Assembly (NCBI GenBank): GCA_963422735.1
Contig: OY730476.1
Coordinates: 1,152,001 to 1,216,000, forward strand
Reading direction: 5' to 3'
DNA: 64,000 bases
DNA from: Candidatus Latescibacterota bacterium
GTDB lineage: Bacteria; Latescibacterota; UBA2968; UBA8231
The first letter of the stretch is position 1; every line of letters begins with the position of its first letter. A program made the translations under genes and the position numbers. Shown here one piece after another: positions 10,115-21,703 of this stretch. The notes beneath the pieces are model-generated. The model made no database searches. It was not told the origin of the DNA and saw nothing but the letters and a program-made list of their open reading frames with translations.

Positions 10115-10653
10115 TCAGGGTAATACGGGTGATCTTGACATTTCGCGCCATGGCGATAGCTCCTCTATACCTCTTTCACGTCGCCGAACAGGTGGAGTTT
10201 GATGGCTTTGTAGCCCCGGCTGACGCAATCGCGCACCAGCGGCTCGTAGTCCTCGACCATCTCTTGGGTGAAAGTGCTGGCATAGGCGCACCTTGTCTCG
10301 ATAAGCGCCCAGATGCTTGTAGAAGGGCGCGCCGCCTTGGCGGCCAAGTCCCACAACGCCACGTTGAACGCCCCTAAGGCACTGACAATTCCGGGCCCCA
10401 TCCGACCCATATCCCATATCCGCTGCCAGATCTTCTCACGGTCCAACGCGTTTTCCCCAACCATTAGCGGCTTGAGCAACCGCGCGGTCTGCCGGCCAAG
10501 TCCTTCGCCGAACCGCGTAGCGATGCAGTACCCTTCGACGCCGTTGTCATCAACCACCTGCAACAGAAAAGCGTCGCGTGCGGCGGAGGGGCGCGAAAAG
10601 CCGTCGCGCCAGCGATAGGAAAAGCGCGGCACTTTGATTTCTTTGATTCTCAT
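10115..10653 (-). pseudogene. mandelate racemase/enolase superfamily N-terminal remnant
   Basis: VALWDLAAK and GYKAIKLH (KxK motif); frameshifted and truncated. Confidence 0.75.
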
Positions 10654-10683
10654 CTCGCTCTTGCTTTCAGTTAATAGCCCGTC

Positions 10684-12125
10684 TCAATCTTCATCCGCCG
10701 CCAGCGGTCCCACAGCACCCAAACGCAGCGCGGGATAGAGCGTTTCAAAAAGCGGCGTGTCACCGGTATCGCGGGCATAGCGCCAATAAAGCCGCGTCAT
10801 TTTTTTTACCTGCTCGTCATAGGCTGGATCCTGCGCCAGATTCTTCATCTCATAAGGGTCTTCGTCGAGCTGGTACAACTCGTCGAAATCAAAGCCTTAA
10901 ACACAAACTTCCACGCCCCGTCCCACACCACCCGCTGCGTCAGCCGGTGGCGATTGCCAAAGTATTCGGCATAACCTCGGGTCCATTCGTCGGCGACATT
11001 TGCCGGTTCGCGCAACAGCTTGGCAAAAGAGTGGGAGTCGGCCACATCAATAGGCTCGCAGTCGGTCAGTTCCAACAACGTCGGGCACAGATCGTGCAAG
11101 CCAACTCGGCCCTGGCAAATAGCGGCCCTGGCAATCCGAGGCCCACGCACAATAAGCGGCACCTGATACACTTCTTCGAACGCGGAAATATCCTTGAAGA
11201 ACAGACCGTGTGCTCCCAACAAATCCCCGTGGTCGGCGCACATTACGACAATCGTGTCGTCGAGTGTGCCCGTCTCTTCGAGAAAGCCGATCACCCGCCC
11301 GAATTGAGCATCTATTTCGCTAATTGACGCGAAGTAACACGCTCGCGCTGTACGCTTGTGCTCCTCGTTGAGCTGGCGCCAAATGCCCTGCGCCCGCCGA
11401 TAAAGCCCCGGCCGGTCCGCCAGATCATCGTCGGCATTGGGCGGCGGCGGTAGCTCTTGCTTATCATAGCGGTCGTACCATTCGCAGCCAGCGATAAAAG
11501 GATCGTGCGGCTCTGCAAAGCTGACGAAAGCACACCACGGATCGTCGCCTTGCACTGCCTCCTCCAGATAGCGCAGCGCCAGCGTCGTCGTCAGCCCCAT
11601 GCCGCGCTCTGCCGCCGGCCGGCCGGTCACCCCATAGAGCAAATGAGGCCCATAGCCGTGCGGCTCTTCGAGATAATGCGCCGGATCGCATTGCGGCCGC
11701 TGCGGCCTACCTCCCAGCACCTCGGCGACCAACTCATTGTGGAGCGCACCACCAACGACCCCGTTGACCTGCCAGCCGAAACGGCCCAGCACATCATCGC
11801 GCTCAATGTGCCACTTGCCGAAATACCCCGTGCGATAGCCAGCGTCCACCATGCGCTCGGCCCAATGCGCTTTATGGGTGCGCAGCGCATGTAAATCCGG
11901 CACCTTGGGATAGAGCACCTCCAGCACTCCATGGTTGTGCGGCATCAGCCCGGTCATCAGACTCGCCCGGGTCGGCGAGCAAATATTATTGGGAGTATAG
12001 GCGCGAGTAAAACGCACCCCCTCCCCGGCGAGCCGATCCAAGTGAGGAGTTTGACAGACGTGATCCGGGTCAAGCACACGGGCCTGCATCTGGTCGGCCA
12101 TTAAAAAAAGAATATTGGGTCTCCG
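10684..12125 (-). pseudogene. sulfatase, frameshift near 10895
   Basis: RPNILFLMADQ, CSPTRASLMTG (CxPxR), GKWH, ADHG; the C-terminus ELYQLDEDPYE lies in another frame. Confidence 0.85.
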
Positions 12126-12226
12126 GTGGTTAGTGATCAGTGGTTAGTGATCACTGATTAGTCCCCCGGCCCCTAGGTGCGGGGGGAACTGGCCACTGGC
12201 CACTGGCCACTGGCCACTAACCACTT
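12123..12226. repeat. heptamer repeat patches (GTGGTTA/GTGATCA and CACTGGC/CACTAAC) in opposite orientations
   Basis: same heptamer family as 5612-5763. Confidence 0.75.
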
Positions 12227-14125
12227 TAATACGCCAGCGAGACGATGCGCGAGCGGGCCTTGGTGCCGCCGTCGGTCTCTACCTCGAGGCGCAGAACGTA
12301 CAGCCCGGGAGCAAGCCGGGCACCCCTTTCATCCCGGCCATCCCACACCGTGGAAAACTGTCCGCTCTGCGCGGGTCCGCGGAAGACCTCGCCGATCCGT
12401 ACGCCCTGCAAATCGTAGAGCACCACTGCTAATTCGGCCTTCCCGATCACATTCAACAGATCGCATTCAATCCGCACTGCGTCGTTGATCTGGTCCCCGT
12501 TGGGCGTAAACGCCGCTGGCACGAGCTTGAGCGCACCGATCACTTGCCCGGCGATGTTGGTCAGCCCCACGCTCAGCGTATTGCCCTCAACCCGCTCCAC
12601 TACTTCGCCCGGCGTCATTACTTGGCGCACTTCCTGCGGCCGAGTGCTGTCGTACACGCGGCCCGAGAACAGGGTGCCAAACTTGAACACCTCACAGCGA
12701 AAGACCACTTCAATCAGCTCGCCATCGCGCGCTTGGTCTATCCGCGGGACGCCGACTGCAAAGCCGCGCCCATCGAGCCGCCGCACCTCAAAGGCAACCT
12801 CCTCGCCGCTGTAGCGCACCGCGTCAATGCCCTCCGCCTGAGTCGGCGTATCAATCTCGATAGTGTCGAAACCCAAGTCCCCGGCTTCTAGGCGCGGTAG
12901 CAGCATGTATGTAAATGAACTCGGTCGCCGCGCCCGTGGGTGCTAGGGGGAGCGCAATCTCGGCCAAAACCAAGGCAGCCACCGGCGGCTTAGACACGGC
13001 GAATTGCACGAAATTCAGCCGCCCACCCGCTTCTACCGTGGACTGGAAGTTCGCCCTGATCTGCACGAACTGCCGAGGTTGCGTCCCCTGCATCGGAGCG
13101 CTACCCAACGCCAAGTCGTAGGCCGCGCTCCAGCCCTCCCAGTTTTCAGTATCGGGTGTGATTCCAGCCTGCTGTGCCCTCTCCAGTCGGTTGTACGACC
13201 GCAGCGTCAAAGGCCGCCCTCGGGTATCCAGCCGGGTCTGCTCATCGCCGCGGAACGTGCTGCGCCAATAGGTGTTGGGGTCGCTGTCGTCGCCGGCGCG
13301 CGTACTGAGCTCGATTTGCGCGCCGGGATCGACTTGGGTGTTCCAGCTTAGTTTGCCCAGCGCCGCCCGCCCACCCAAATCGAGGACATTGGACACGTAG
13401 CGCGCCGTTGGCGTGAAGCCCTTGCCGTAGATTTCGAACTCGGCGATTTCCCAGATGCCTTGGGTGTTTTCAGGCGCTTCAAAGAGCATGCGGCGAATTG
13501 GTACCGGCGGCAGATCCAGTTCGACCACCGAGGTCGTATTCTCGGTAGCCTGATGTACGATGTCGAAGTCGAAGAAGGAGCCGCGCGTGCCCTCCTTGAG
13601 CGGGTTGCCATCGCTGATGCCGATGATAAAGCGCTGTAGGAAGCGCTCGTCCTCAAAGCGCTCGCGCAGATAGAACTTGACGCGCTCGACTGTGAAGTTG
13701 CCGCCGAACTCAAAAATTAGACTCTTATTGCGCACGCCGATGCCCGAGGTGGTCCAATGCCCGTCGCCCAAGAAGACGGTCTCTACATCTTCGTCCCAGA
13801 GCACGGCCTCGGTGTCGCCGCTTTGCTCCCAGCCCCGCCAAACCAGCGTCTGCACTCGGCCACCGCGCTCCTTGAGGCGCGGTGTCAGGTTTACCGATGG
13901 GTCCAGTTGCTCCGGCTCGATGAAGTCCGCATCGAGCTTCAGGGATTCGACTTGGCCGTGCTGCGCGGATTCCACCCCCTCCCAATCGAGCTGCACAAAT
14001 TCCACCCCCTCGGCCAACTCCGGCCTCGGCAGCGAGGAACCGCCGATTCGATAAATCGTCAGCGCATCTGCGCCGCTAGTCAGCCAAGCGGACACGAGCA
14101 CAAGTCGGGTACAGGTCTTTAGCAT
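12226..14125 (-). pseudogene. large secreted protein with C-terminal FlgD-Ig-like domain, frameshift near 12910
   Basis: signal peptide; FTPNGDQIND...WDGRDERG...PGLYVLRL C-terminus; ORFs 12851-14125 and 12226-12906. Confidence 0.7.
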
Positions 14126-14209
14126 AACCGTGGCCCTCTTTAAGACACGAGGGTCCTCTGGCGAGATAGGCGGTAATAATCCAATGACGCGCCAAAGGAA
14201 CTAGAAGAG

Positions 14210-14519
14210 CTAAACAGCAACAACTCTCTGTTGTCCTTCTCTATCTTCTGAGGGAATAATGTGGAACTCAATATCGAGATTCAGTCGGTTGAGAAACGTC
14301 ATTAACTGCTCAACGCTGTAATGGTTAAACTTGCCCTGCTTTAGGTTGCTTCACCCCTAAAATTTTCGCGGCCTCCGCTTGGGTCAGCTTCCGGTTTTCT
14401 ATAATTTGAAACACCTTAAACCCAAGTGTTGCCCTGAGAAACAATTCCTCCGCATCTGGCAAGCCGAGATCCTCAAACACATTACCCGAACTTTTTTCAA
14501 ACGCAATCTCCCTGCTCAT
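14210..14519 (-). pseudogene. XRE/HTH_37 (HigA-like) antitoxin, frameshifted
   Basis: SSGNVFEDLGLPDAEEL...LTQAEAAKILGVKQP, continuing in another frame as GKFNHYSVEQLMTFLNRL. Confidence 0.7.
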
Positions 14520-14522
14520 AAT

Positions 14523-14835
14523 TTATTCTCCTCCAGTTCTCGCGCCACTCGCAGACGTCTCTTGACAAGATCTATCTCTTTCTTTGGAGTTTTCATTCAT
14601 CCTATCGCCAATTTTCACCGAATACACGGAGCGGTAAGTGTCTGTTCTGTGCTCTGCCCATATTTCAAAAACTTCGGAATCAACGCCCCTAAATGGTTTA
14701 GTCGCCGGAGACATGCTTCCCGCCGGTGCAATAAATAGAGCGTCACCTATATCCTTTTGAATAGACTCCGCGCTGCCTTGCCTTGGAATCCCCGACCCAT
14801 ATAGCCTCTTTTAAGTTTAGTCTTTCGCGATTCAT
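14523..14835 (-). pseudogene. RelE/Gp49-like (HigB) toxin remnant
   Basis: WVGDS..., KPFRG...VFEI...DTYRSVYSVKIG; frameshifted; directly upstream of the antitoxin. Confidence 0.65.
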
Positions 14836-14907
14836 AAAGCATTATAACATTAATAACCAATAGGACATAAACAGGTCAATGTCCTATTCGGTTGTTATAT
14901 GCCTTCT

Positions 14908-16679
14908 CTACAGAGTCTTGTAATAGGCCCGTATCTTGGCGGCCATGCGTTCTCTACGCTTTTGCAGGAAAGTGTCATAGCCTTCGACACCTGAGGCATC
15001 CATTCCTTCAGGGATGCAGTGGGCCGCGAGGTTCTCTTGCAATTGATCGGCATCGGTTATCCCGCCGTAGCGAGTTGCGCCGTTTCTGCACTGCTCCCAC
15101 AGTTTTGAGAAGTATTTTTCCGGTGGCAGAGCTCCGATAGCGATGTTGATTTCGCTCTGCATTATCACATAATTGGCAATCTGATTGTAGCGACCAGGTT
15201 GGAAGCCGTGCCTCTGCAAATAGCTGCGCGGGAATACGTGATGAATGTGCCACTGGCCTTCCAGCAGGTCGCGCACGGTGATAGCACGTGAGAGGAATCC
15301 CTTGTCGTTTCCTCTTACTTGGCTTGCGAGGAAGACGTTGAAATAGGGACTGCTGGCCACCGAGGTGTCCATCTGTTGCGGCAAGCCTACCTCCCAGAAG
15401 GCGTCCGAGAGCTCTGCTCGTTCGATTGTATCCAGATACCGGCTTGCACCCTGTCTAGCGATGTTTCCAATATCGGCGCCGAAGGCGGTTTCGGGTGAGT
15501 TGGTGTATCTACTTGTCAAGATCGACATCACCAACCACCGACGCACGAGCCTCTCAATTCGCTCAGGAGCCTCACCCTGCGAGCGCAACGTCAAGAAGAG
15601 GATGTAGGCGAAATTGACGGTGTTTTTGGACCTGATCAGCGATGAATCTACGAACCCTGCCGAGTGCAAGATCATGACGAACCGTTTGAAGTTGGTCTCG
15701 TTCATGTAGCACAGGATCCCATCTCTGAGCGTACGAAAGGCCTCTTCTGCGGTGGCTTCCTCGAATGTTCGTGTCTCAAAGTTGCGCCCTGAGAGTAGAG
15801 GGACTAAGTCCTCTAAGCGCCCACGTTTGAACTGAGACGTAAACGCGACGCGAAGCATATCGGTGTATGAGGGGTCGTAGAGGTCATCCTTTTCATTCTT
15901 CAGCCACTCCATTGCACGGAAGTAGTCCGTCGAGGCGAAGTCAGCATCGCTGGCCAAGTCGCTATATGCTTCCGGCGCGACGGCCAGATGGCAGAAGTAG
16001 TCGATGCACTTTCGCAGCAGATGACCACCGTACTGTTCGCTGGCGGCTATCTTGGACATTGCGAAGTCCGCCGCATTAAGCGAGACACCCTGCGAGTTTA
16101 TGCGGACGAAGATTTCCGCGACAGTCTCAACCTCCAGATCGGCGTTCAACTCGATGACGCCGAGGGAATTGTTGCGAATACCGCGAAGGCGTTCCATGCG
16201 ATCATCGATTTCGTATTTGTCTGCAACATGATTCGCTTCGCAGTAGTCGTCCACTAACTGACGTATTCTCGCGTCGGGAGCGAAGACAGTGGATATGTCG
16301 GCAATCCATCCTCTATCCCGGCGTATGGCGGCGTTTGCCACCTCAAAGCACTTCTCGCCAGGATGAAAGGCGATAGATATCCGTTTCCGCTTGTAGTTTT
16401 TGTCGACAACCTGCTTCCCAAGCAAAGCGGCCAATAACGCCATAACGCGCTGCTGACCGTCGATCAAGATACGCTTCCCTGTTGATTGGGTACCATCCTT
16501 CAAGCGATGAGATACCCTACGGGATAACCGTTGTACAGCGAATCGATAAAATCGCGCACCTTTACCGCGCTCCAGACGAAGGGACGCTGGATCTCAGGAA
16601 TAGCGATTTCATCGGAGTTGATCCAAGTCAGCAGGGTCTCGATAGGATGCTGATTAATTGAGTAACTTTGGATGGGCAT
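14908..16679 (-). pseudogene. GmrSD-family (DUF262 + HNH-like) modification-dependent restriction endonuclease, frameshift near 16505
   Basis: [37 protein letters not shown]...IANY. Confidence 0.8.
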
Positions 16680-16815
16680 CTATCCTCTCTTTCGATTTGT
16701 GGCTTTGGTATGCCCCAAAGGGCAGGGTTTGGAGATTCGCTCCGCAGTGCGGAGTGTTTTGAAAAGGTTCGGTAAAATTGCTGCATATTGTGAGGGCCCC
16801 AAGGCTTGGTAGCTT

Positions 16816-17860
16816 TCACAGACTGGCGAATATCGAAAGAAAGGCCAATCCCGCGACCCGCGTCTCGCGTTCCCGCCCGACCACTTCCAAGGAACGCCGG
16901 TCAAAGCGCAACCCAAGCTGGGTCGTCAAGCCGTAGCCTAAATACTCCCGCTGATTGCTCAATTGCGCCGCCCACACCATGCCGCGAAAATCGCCCGTCA
17001 GCACGTTTTTCGCCAAAACCTTTTCGTCCCGCAGCAACTCGAAGAACAGTCGCTGCTCAAACCCCAGTTCAAGCTCTGAGCCTCGCATCGCGGGGAAGCG
17101 GAGCAAAAGCGACCCGATCCCGTCCCAAGAAAGGCGGCGGTGCTCGGCCAAGGAGAAGGGGGATTGGCTGAGGAACTCGCTTTTGAAACGGGGCAAAATC
17201 GCCACCGCGCCCCACGCGAAGACGCCGTCGATCTTGTCGATCAACCCCACAAAACCAGAAGTCTCCCGGCCATTGCGGCCCAAAGGCTCGCGCTGGTGCC
17301 ACCAGTCCCACTTGAAGCGATGCTTAGTCGTCCAGCGCCGCGAACGGGCGTACTGCCACTCGGCGTAAAACGTATTGATCCAAGTGTCCTCAGCCGCCAG
17401 CAGATCAGGCACGGCAATATGCTGCCCGCTCGTCTGCCCGGCGGCCCCGAATTCGAGCGTTGGCACGATCCACTGCGACAGCGGGTCGGGGATGGTGTCT
17501 GCGGCCTTCTTCAGCATGTCGAAGACCCGTACCCGGCCGCGGCCGGGCCAATCCCGTTCAAAGGCAACAAGCCCGTAGGCGGTGTGGTTTTTGCGGTCGG
17601 TCTGACGCATATCTTGGCGCAGGTAGCCGGCGGAGAGGCGGATTTCGGGGTTGACCTCCACGCTGACGTAGGCGTTGTAGCCCCAGTGGTCTTTCTTGTA
17701 GGGATAGTCTGGCAAATCGTCGTTTTCAAAGCGCTCGGCCCAGCCATTGTTGTTGAGGTCAATGCCAAAGAGGAACTCCGGCCGGTCCGAGTGGTGGCGC
17801 AGGAAAGGCTCCTCGTAGTCGGGGAAAAAATTCTCCCGAATGGTTTGGGGGACCGGCTTT
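16816..17860 (-). pseudogene. 3' fragment of a large outer-membrane/secreted protein
   Basis: beta-strand-rich ORF ending AFLSIFASL; DLNNNGWAERFEND.PDYPY upstream; no 5' part or signal peptide. Confidence 0.55.
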
Positions 17861-18039
17861 TATAAAAAAGCTGTCAGACAGATGGACGAATTTTTGAGGA
17901 CAAGTGGTAGTGTGGGACTGCCTATCTGCCCATGTTGGCTAGCAAGCATAGCTTTTTTGGAAGGGTTGCTCGCCTCGACGGACTCGCCCTTAACCTCCTG
18001 CTCAGAAGGAACGCTAATTCCTACCCCAATAGCCTCTTA

Positions 18040-18172
18040 GAAGCGGTCTTATAATTCCGGGTTCGGTTCCTCAAGCGGCTCAAACCCTCTGGGACCGAGG
18101 GCGTCTCGCCCTCGAACATCGCGAACGCGACCGGCCGGCAAAGCCGCCCGAGGGGGGTTGTAAGACCGCTTC
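18040..18172. mobile_element. MITE-like element with 15-bp terminal inverted repeats
   Basis: GAAGCGGTCTTATAA (18040-18054) versus TTGTAAGACCGCTTC (18158-18172), 14/15 match. Confidence 0.7.
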
Positions 18173-18224
18173 AAGAGGGCTACCGTTGCGCAATGGTCCC
18201 CAAAGACGGTACCGGATCACTCTT

Positions 18225-18329
18225 GTGAGTAATACGTTCAATCGCATTCGGGCGCTGATTTCCGAGGGCAGTATCCGATTACCCGATCTCGAGAAATGGG
18301 AACTTGGATTCAAGCGGAGGCGAAAATGA
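18225..18329 (+). pseudogene. DUF4258-like toxin, internally deleted
   Basis: VSNTFNRIRALISEGSIR joined directly to PDLEKWELGFKRRRK*; ATGA overlap with the next gene. Confidence 0.45.
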
Positions 18330-18523
18330 ATAAGACAGACCGGACGAAGCTCGTTCACGAAGGTAACTATATTGCAGAAGTTGACGTAGAGCTACTAGAA
18401 GAGCCTGAAGGATGGTCACCGTACTTTTCTCTTGAAGACGCGTATCGTCTCGACGATGTGCGAGAGGCTCTTCGTCGAGGGGGCATTAAGACCGCTGCAA
18501 AACGCCTGTGTAAAGCCGTATAA
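18326..18523 (+). CDS. small conserved protein, probable antitoxin partner
   Basis: TKLVHEGNYIAEVDVEL...WSPYFSLEDAYRLDDVREALRRG. Confidence 0.6.
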   Translation: MNKTDRTKLVHEGNYIAEVDVELLEEPEGWSPYFSLEDAYRLDDVREALRRGGIKTAAKRLCKAV

Positions 18524-18593
18524 CTCGTCGCTCAATCCGGGTGCTTAACTATGTCTAGAAAATTACGCGGGGTACCGCAGGACGTCTAAAGAA

Positions 18594-19433
18594 ATGAATT
18601 CCATATTTGGATTTCCACCAATCCACAAGACGTATCTTACGCCTCCAGATGATATCGCTTCTCGTTTGCAAAGCCTAATTGGTACGCCATTCAAATTGAC
18701 GGGAAAGACTAGGACAGATGGCTCGAATGTGAGAAAGCTTATTGCACAGACTCTCGCAGAATTCTCATTACCTAAACCATGCCCCCAGTCATCTTATTCT
18801 ATCGTACCACTTAAAGAAAAAGGATTACCAAGGATACTTTTAGAATATGTAGACACCTATGTCGTAACTACAGGTAATACGTACAATCTCCAAGTGTGGA
18901 ATCGAAATCCGGCATCTGACTCTATCCAAGTTGAATACAATTCCGGTGAGACCCTATCGTCAAAGGATGTCCGATTCGTTTTCCTGCGTGTTGACCCACG
19001 GACTCAGGCAATAAGTTCAATCCTTGTCCTGACCCCAGATTATATCGAGAGTAAATTCGGACGCTTTGGCAAGCCGACGATTAAACACCAAATCATAATT
19101 CCGCCAAAAATTAAAGATAAGGCACTAGCTCAAAATCCGCCGGGCATTTTCTGTTCAGATACATCTGCTCTCTCTCAACATGTAACGGGTAAGTATGCTA
19201 TTCCGACCTCTTCAATAAACCAGGTATTGGAGGTCAAGGTGCAGGATTCGCCGACCGTAGATCTAGGAAAATTCAGTCCTCAGTTCAAAGAGTGCGTACC
19301 GTTAAGCGATTCATTCCCTGTGCCAGATCGCCAGCGGCCAGAGTCGTTGTGTGAGAATATGAGACGTAGTAAACAGTCTTCCGGTCGTCTATCTTCAGGC
19401 ATATCGTCCCAGTCCGAGCGAATAAAAATTTGA
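18594..19433 (+). pseudogene. putative type II restriction endonuclease, deleted/truncated
   Basis: AT-rich ORF with LEVKVQDSPTVDLG (ExK motif); convergent with a methyltransferase. Confidence 0.55.
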
Positions 19434-20300
19434 TCGGCCGTCGTCTTAATGCCAACCCTTACCTTCACAACGTCACCAATTCGACACTTTGCCGCCGATT
19501 CTATTTTACCAATCCACTTCTTCTTGGTCGCAGTTACCATCTGCCAAGATTCGGAGGACAACTTAGAGAAGGAAAGAGTCCCCGTCGAGAGTCTGAATCG
19601 GGTTTTAGACACCAAGTATTCACCCTCAGACTTTTGCCTGAGAATGTCGTACACTGAATCAACATGGATTGGCTTTTCTCGATCATCGAGATTACTTGTC
19701 CTATTTTCGTAAATTTTGACGAATCTTTTTGGCCGCCTTGGGTTAGTAGAGAAACGCGATGTAGAGGGTACTTTTCTAGCGATCAAGATAGCTGGCAGAA
19801 CGGCAGCCTCGAAAAGCTTGGTGTCGCCGAGGTCGATCAGTTCGACTATCTCGTAATCTTCTGCAATGAACGCTCTGATGGAGGCTCCACCTTTTGTTGA
19901 AATAAACCGATTGGAAGTGATGACACCTATAATGCCATTATCTTTTAAACACTGGATCATCGCCACCAGAAAAGCTTGGTATAAATAGATTTTGCCTTTC
20001 AGACGAAAGGCTTTTGCTAACTCCTGTGATTTCCAGGCACCGAGGACCTGCGTTCGGACGTAAGGAGGATTGGCGATTATAATATCTACAGGAGGAATAG
20101 TCTCATTGGTTGGAGACTCGTCGTTAAACAGCTCTATCTGCGCCTTTGAATCGGTGTAAAGTTCAAGGAAATCCATCCTCTTGAGAAAATTCGATTTTGA
20201 GCCAAACGCTTCTAACCGCTCTTGGGCCTTCCCGAGGGATAAATCGTCGAGCTCTATCCCTGTAATGGCGGTATTTCTTATGTATATTATCTGACAACGA
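19280..20300 (-). pseudogene. N6-adenine DNA methyltransferase (Eco57I/TaqI-like), truncated
   Basis: DIIIANPPYVRTQ, LYQAF, GVITSNRF, VGIKTTAD; the N-terminal SAM-binding motif and the C-terminus are missing. Confidence 0.8.
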
Positions 20301-20431
20301 GCCTGCTCCTAATTTGTTGGCTAATGAGGCCGCAGTCTCTGCTACGCCTCCCGCCATTAGCTTGCGCCTCCTCTCCCACGCCCGTACCTTGGCTGCCAAC
20401 CGCCTGCCCGCCCATCAAGGAGCCTCCCAAA

Positions 20432-21667
20432 ATGAACATCACCAACATCGAAGTCATCCCCATCTTTCCCAAGCTGGCCAGCCGCTACGCCGAGCGCCGC
20501 GTCGATCTCTACGGTATCGACTGCCGCGTCGTGTACAAAGTCCACACCAACGCTGGCATCACCGGCTACGGCGACATGCGGGTGCGGCCCTACTCCAAAC
20601 CGTCCCGCGACGCCGTCGCCCAGTTTATTGGCCTCAGCCCCTTCGAATTCATCAATGACCATCGCTCCGCCGTCCCCTCGGGCCTGCTCTGCGCCCTCTA
20701 TGACGCGATGGGCAAACACCTCGACCTGCCCGTCCACAAACTCCTCGGCCAAAAGAAACGCGATGCCATCGCCGTGGCCGCCTGGACCCGCCCCGCCTCC
20801 CCAGAGATCTTCCGCGACGAAATCAAACGCGCCGCCACCGAGGGCTACCGCGTCTTCAAAATCCACACCTGCACCCACCACGACGTCTTCGAGCAGACTC
20901 GTCTGGCCGCAGAGGTCGCCCCGGAGAGCTTCCGCATCCACTACGACTTCAACCACAACCGCAGCCTCGGCTCCGCACTGCCGATCATCGCCGAACTCGA
21001 AAGAAACTTCCCCATCGTCGGCTACATCGAAGACCCCCTCGACAAAAGGGACATCGATGGCTGGAAGCGCCTGCGCCGGCAAACCAGTCTGCCGCTGATC
21101 ATGCACGGCACGCCCTTGGGCGGTGTCCAAGAGCTGATCTACGGCCTCGCCGATATGTACATGATCGGCGGTACCCTCGAAGACACCATGGCCGCCGGCT
21201 GGGCCTGCGGTCGGGCCAATGTGCAGGTCCTGCTGCAATTCGAAGGTGGTACTATGGGTAAGGCCATGGCCATGCACATGGCCTCGGTGCTGCCGACCCA
21301 CACGGCCCACTCGATCAACCTCGACGACCAGTACGCCGAAGACTACACCACCGAGACCATTCCCGTTGTCGATGGGGCCTCCCCCGTACCCGATGGGCCG
21401 GGTCTAGGCTTTGCAGTCGATGAGGATGCGCTGGCGCGAATGGCGGCTCAGTCGCTAGTCGGGCGTCCAACCCACATCGGCGTCTTGCAGATGCCCGGCG
21501 GGCACACGTACTACGGCCCGTCCTATATTTCTCCCACCAGCATTACCGGCCATCAGGAGGGCGTTGACCGCGGCTTCCGCTCCTCAATCTGGGAAGACGA
21601 CGGCTCGGCCGAGTTCGCCAAAGTCCACGACCGCGTCAACAAGGAGGGCGTCTTCCGCACCGACTGA
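20432..21667 (+). CDS. mandelate racemase/muconate lactonizing enzyme family protein
   Basis: ALYDAMGK, FKIHT, DFN, IEDP, PDGPGLG. Confidence 0.85.
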   Translation: MNITNIEVIPIFPKLASRYAERRVDLYGIDCRVVYKVHTNAGITGYGDMRVRPYSKPSRDAVAQFIGLSPFEFINDHRSAVPSGLLCALYDAMGKHLDLPVHKLLGQKKRDAIAVAAWTRPASPEIFRDEIKRAATEGYRVFKIHTCTHHDVFEQTRLAAEVAPESFRIHYDFNHNRSLGSALPIIAELERNFPIVGYIEDPLDKRDIDGWKRLRRQTSLPLIMHGTPLGGVQELIYGLADMYMIGGTLEDTMAAGWACGRANVQVLLQFEGGTMGKAMAMHMASVLPTHTAHSINLDDQYAEDYTTETIPVVDGASPVPDGPGLGFAVDEDALARMAAQSLVGRPTHIGVLQMPGGHTYYGPSYISPTSITGHQEGVDRGFRSSIWEDDGSAEFAKVHDRVNKEGVFRTD

Positions 21668-21703
21668 CGTACGCGGGAGCAAATTTACGTTGTGGAACCG
21701 CGG

